64,000 nt of DNA from Seison nebaliae. Lineage: Eukaryota. The stretch covers positions 1-64,000 of the forward strand of contig JALJEE010001986.1 of the NCBI GenBank assembly GCA_023231475.1. The letters run 5' to 3'. The translations under genes were made by a program, and so were the position numbers. Below are positions 62,804-64,000 of the stretch, piece after piece (position 1 is the stretch's first letter; every line of letters begins with the position of its first letter). The notes under the pieces are model-generated. The model was given only the letters and a program-made list of their open reading frames with translations. It ran no database searches and had not been told where the DNA came from.

Positions 62804-64000
62804 ATGGATTCATTAAAGAGTTGGATGACATGGTTCTGGACATACATTTGGATCATTTGGCTCATATTAGTATTGGCTCTATTGTATTTCTTAAGAATTC
62901 CACTCAAAATTGGAGAGAGTGTCGGATTGAGTTCATTCTTTTCTTACATCTTCTTTCATTCATCTGTTTGGGAATAGCTTCCACCTTCTTTTCAGGATTA
63001 ACTCCAAACTTTTATGTAGCTCTCACTGGAACTAGTTCATTACTTTCCGGTTCTTTTCTAGTTAAGTTTCCCTTTAAAATGTTCTTAATTTCTTTTTCAT
63101 TTCACATTCGTTTCTCTTCTTCCATTTTCCCATTTAAGGTTTTCGAGTGGTGGTATTTCAAACGATATGGTACGTCATTCATCGAAAACTTCTCAAGTAC
63201 TTATCTAAATTGGATTCTTGAATTTCCGGATAGTCAATCTCAAAGTTTGAATGATAACGATGACGTTAACAATAATCAGAATAGCATCGAAAATCATTCT
63301 CAAATATATAGTGATAATATAGAGAATATGGGAGAGATGCAGAATAATAATAATAATAATCAACATAATCGTCAACATATTTCTAATCGAACTCATAATC
63401 ATTCTCATCATTCACATCATCATACTCATCATCGGAATCAACGAAATCGATTAAGAGCGGCTGATAGAGATCATCAATATGAGGCATATTCAGATGATGA
63501 AATTAGTGTCACTTCGGATGATAGTGATGCCGATATCTTCCCTAACAGTAGTACTAACAATTGTTCGAATGAATGTCGAGTGTGGAAGAATCCTCTCAGT
63601 CTATTCCGTGGACCAGAATATTATAAATACGATTTGGAAATGGAACGAATGAGTCTCTCCTCTCATGACATCATGCTCACCTCACAAGATCAACAGACAT
63701 TCTTCACCGTTTCCATACAAGATACAGCTTGTTTAACTTGTAACGAAGAATTGAATTCTCGAGCTAGAGATGAATTTAGTTTAATTTTCAATCATTTTCA
63801 AATGATTCATTTTGAATTAATTTATTTCGATTAATTTTCAATAGTGATGCAACGAGCATGGAGAGAGAAGAATAGAACGGAAAGAATCCGTTACGCTAAA
63901 GAAGCAATAAAATTTAATGAAAATTGTACAACAGCACTCATTCTGTTGGCAGAAGAAGAATCGACAACGATAAGTGAAGTTTAAATGAATTTCATTATAT
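62804..64000 (+). CDS. ST7: Suppressor of tumorigenicity 7, 5' part (runs off the window)
   Basis: WFWTYIW, LTPNFYVALTGTSSLLSG, FEWWYFKRYGTSFIE, ECRVWKNPLSLFRG, QDQQTFFT, MQRAWRE and LLAEEESTTI. Confidence 0.95.

Noticed and set aside
1..64000. Alternative genetic code or stop-codon readthrough to explain fragmented ORFs
   Set aside because: Breaks in the conserved host genes are resolved by short GT-AG introns under the standard code.

Overview
AT-rich, gene-dense eukaryotic (animal) genomic DNA with many tiny (~35-80 nt) spliceosomal introns; the species cannot be determined from the sequence. Gene models were built by hand from the ORF track and remembered homology, not from database searches. 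Genes in order: piggyBac-derived ORF, CFAP57, mitochondrial CLPB/Skd3, NDUFB6, CDC26-like, a class A peptide GPCR, a four-repeat CNGK/tetraKCNG-like channel, CDC42SE/SPEC-like, ODF3/SHIPPO-like, a pseudokinase, GTF2H4, ATPSCKMT/FAM173, NAA60, EPT1, LAMTOR3, MTERF4, hyccin/FAM126 and ST7 (partial), plus LINE, Gypsy and Tc1-like remnants. Two main surprises. (1) A ~7.4 kb ORF-free block (11.2-18.55 kb) is tiled almost end to end by nested stem-loops whose G-U pairs favour the + strand, suggesting a very large structured non-coding RNA. Smaller structured blocks lie at 34.6-36.8 kb and 41.4-41.75 kb, and the first contains three paralogous pre-miRNA-like hairpins with compensatory changes. (2) Nearly all reconstructed 5' splice sites are GTT-nnn rather than GT(A/G)AGT, with +5G/+6T kept mainly in long introns, which points to a rewired 5' splice-site recognition system.
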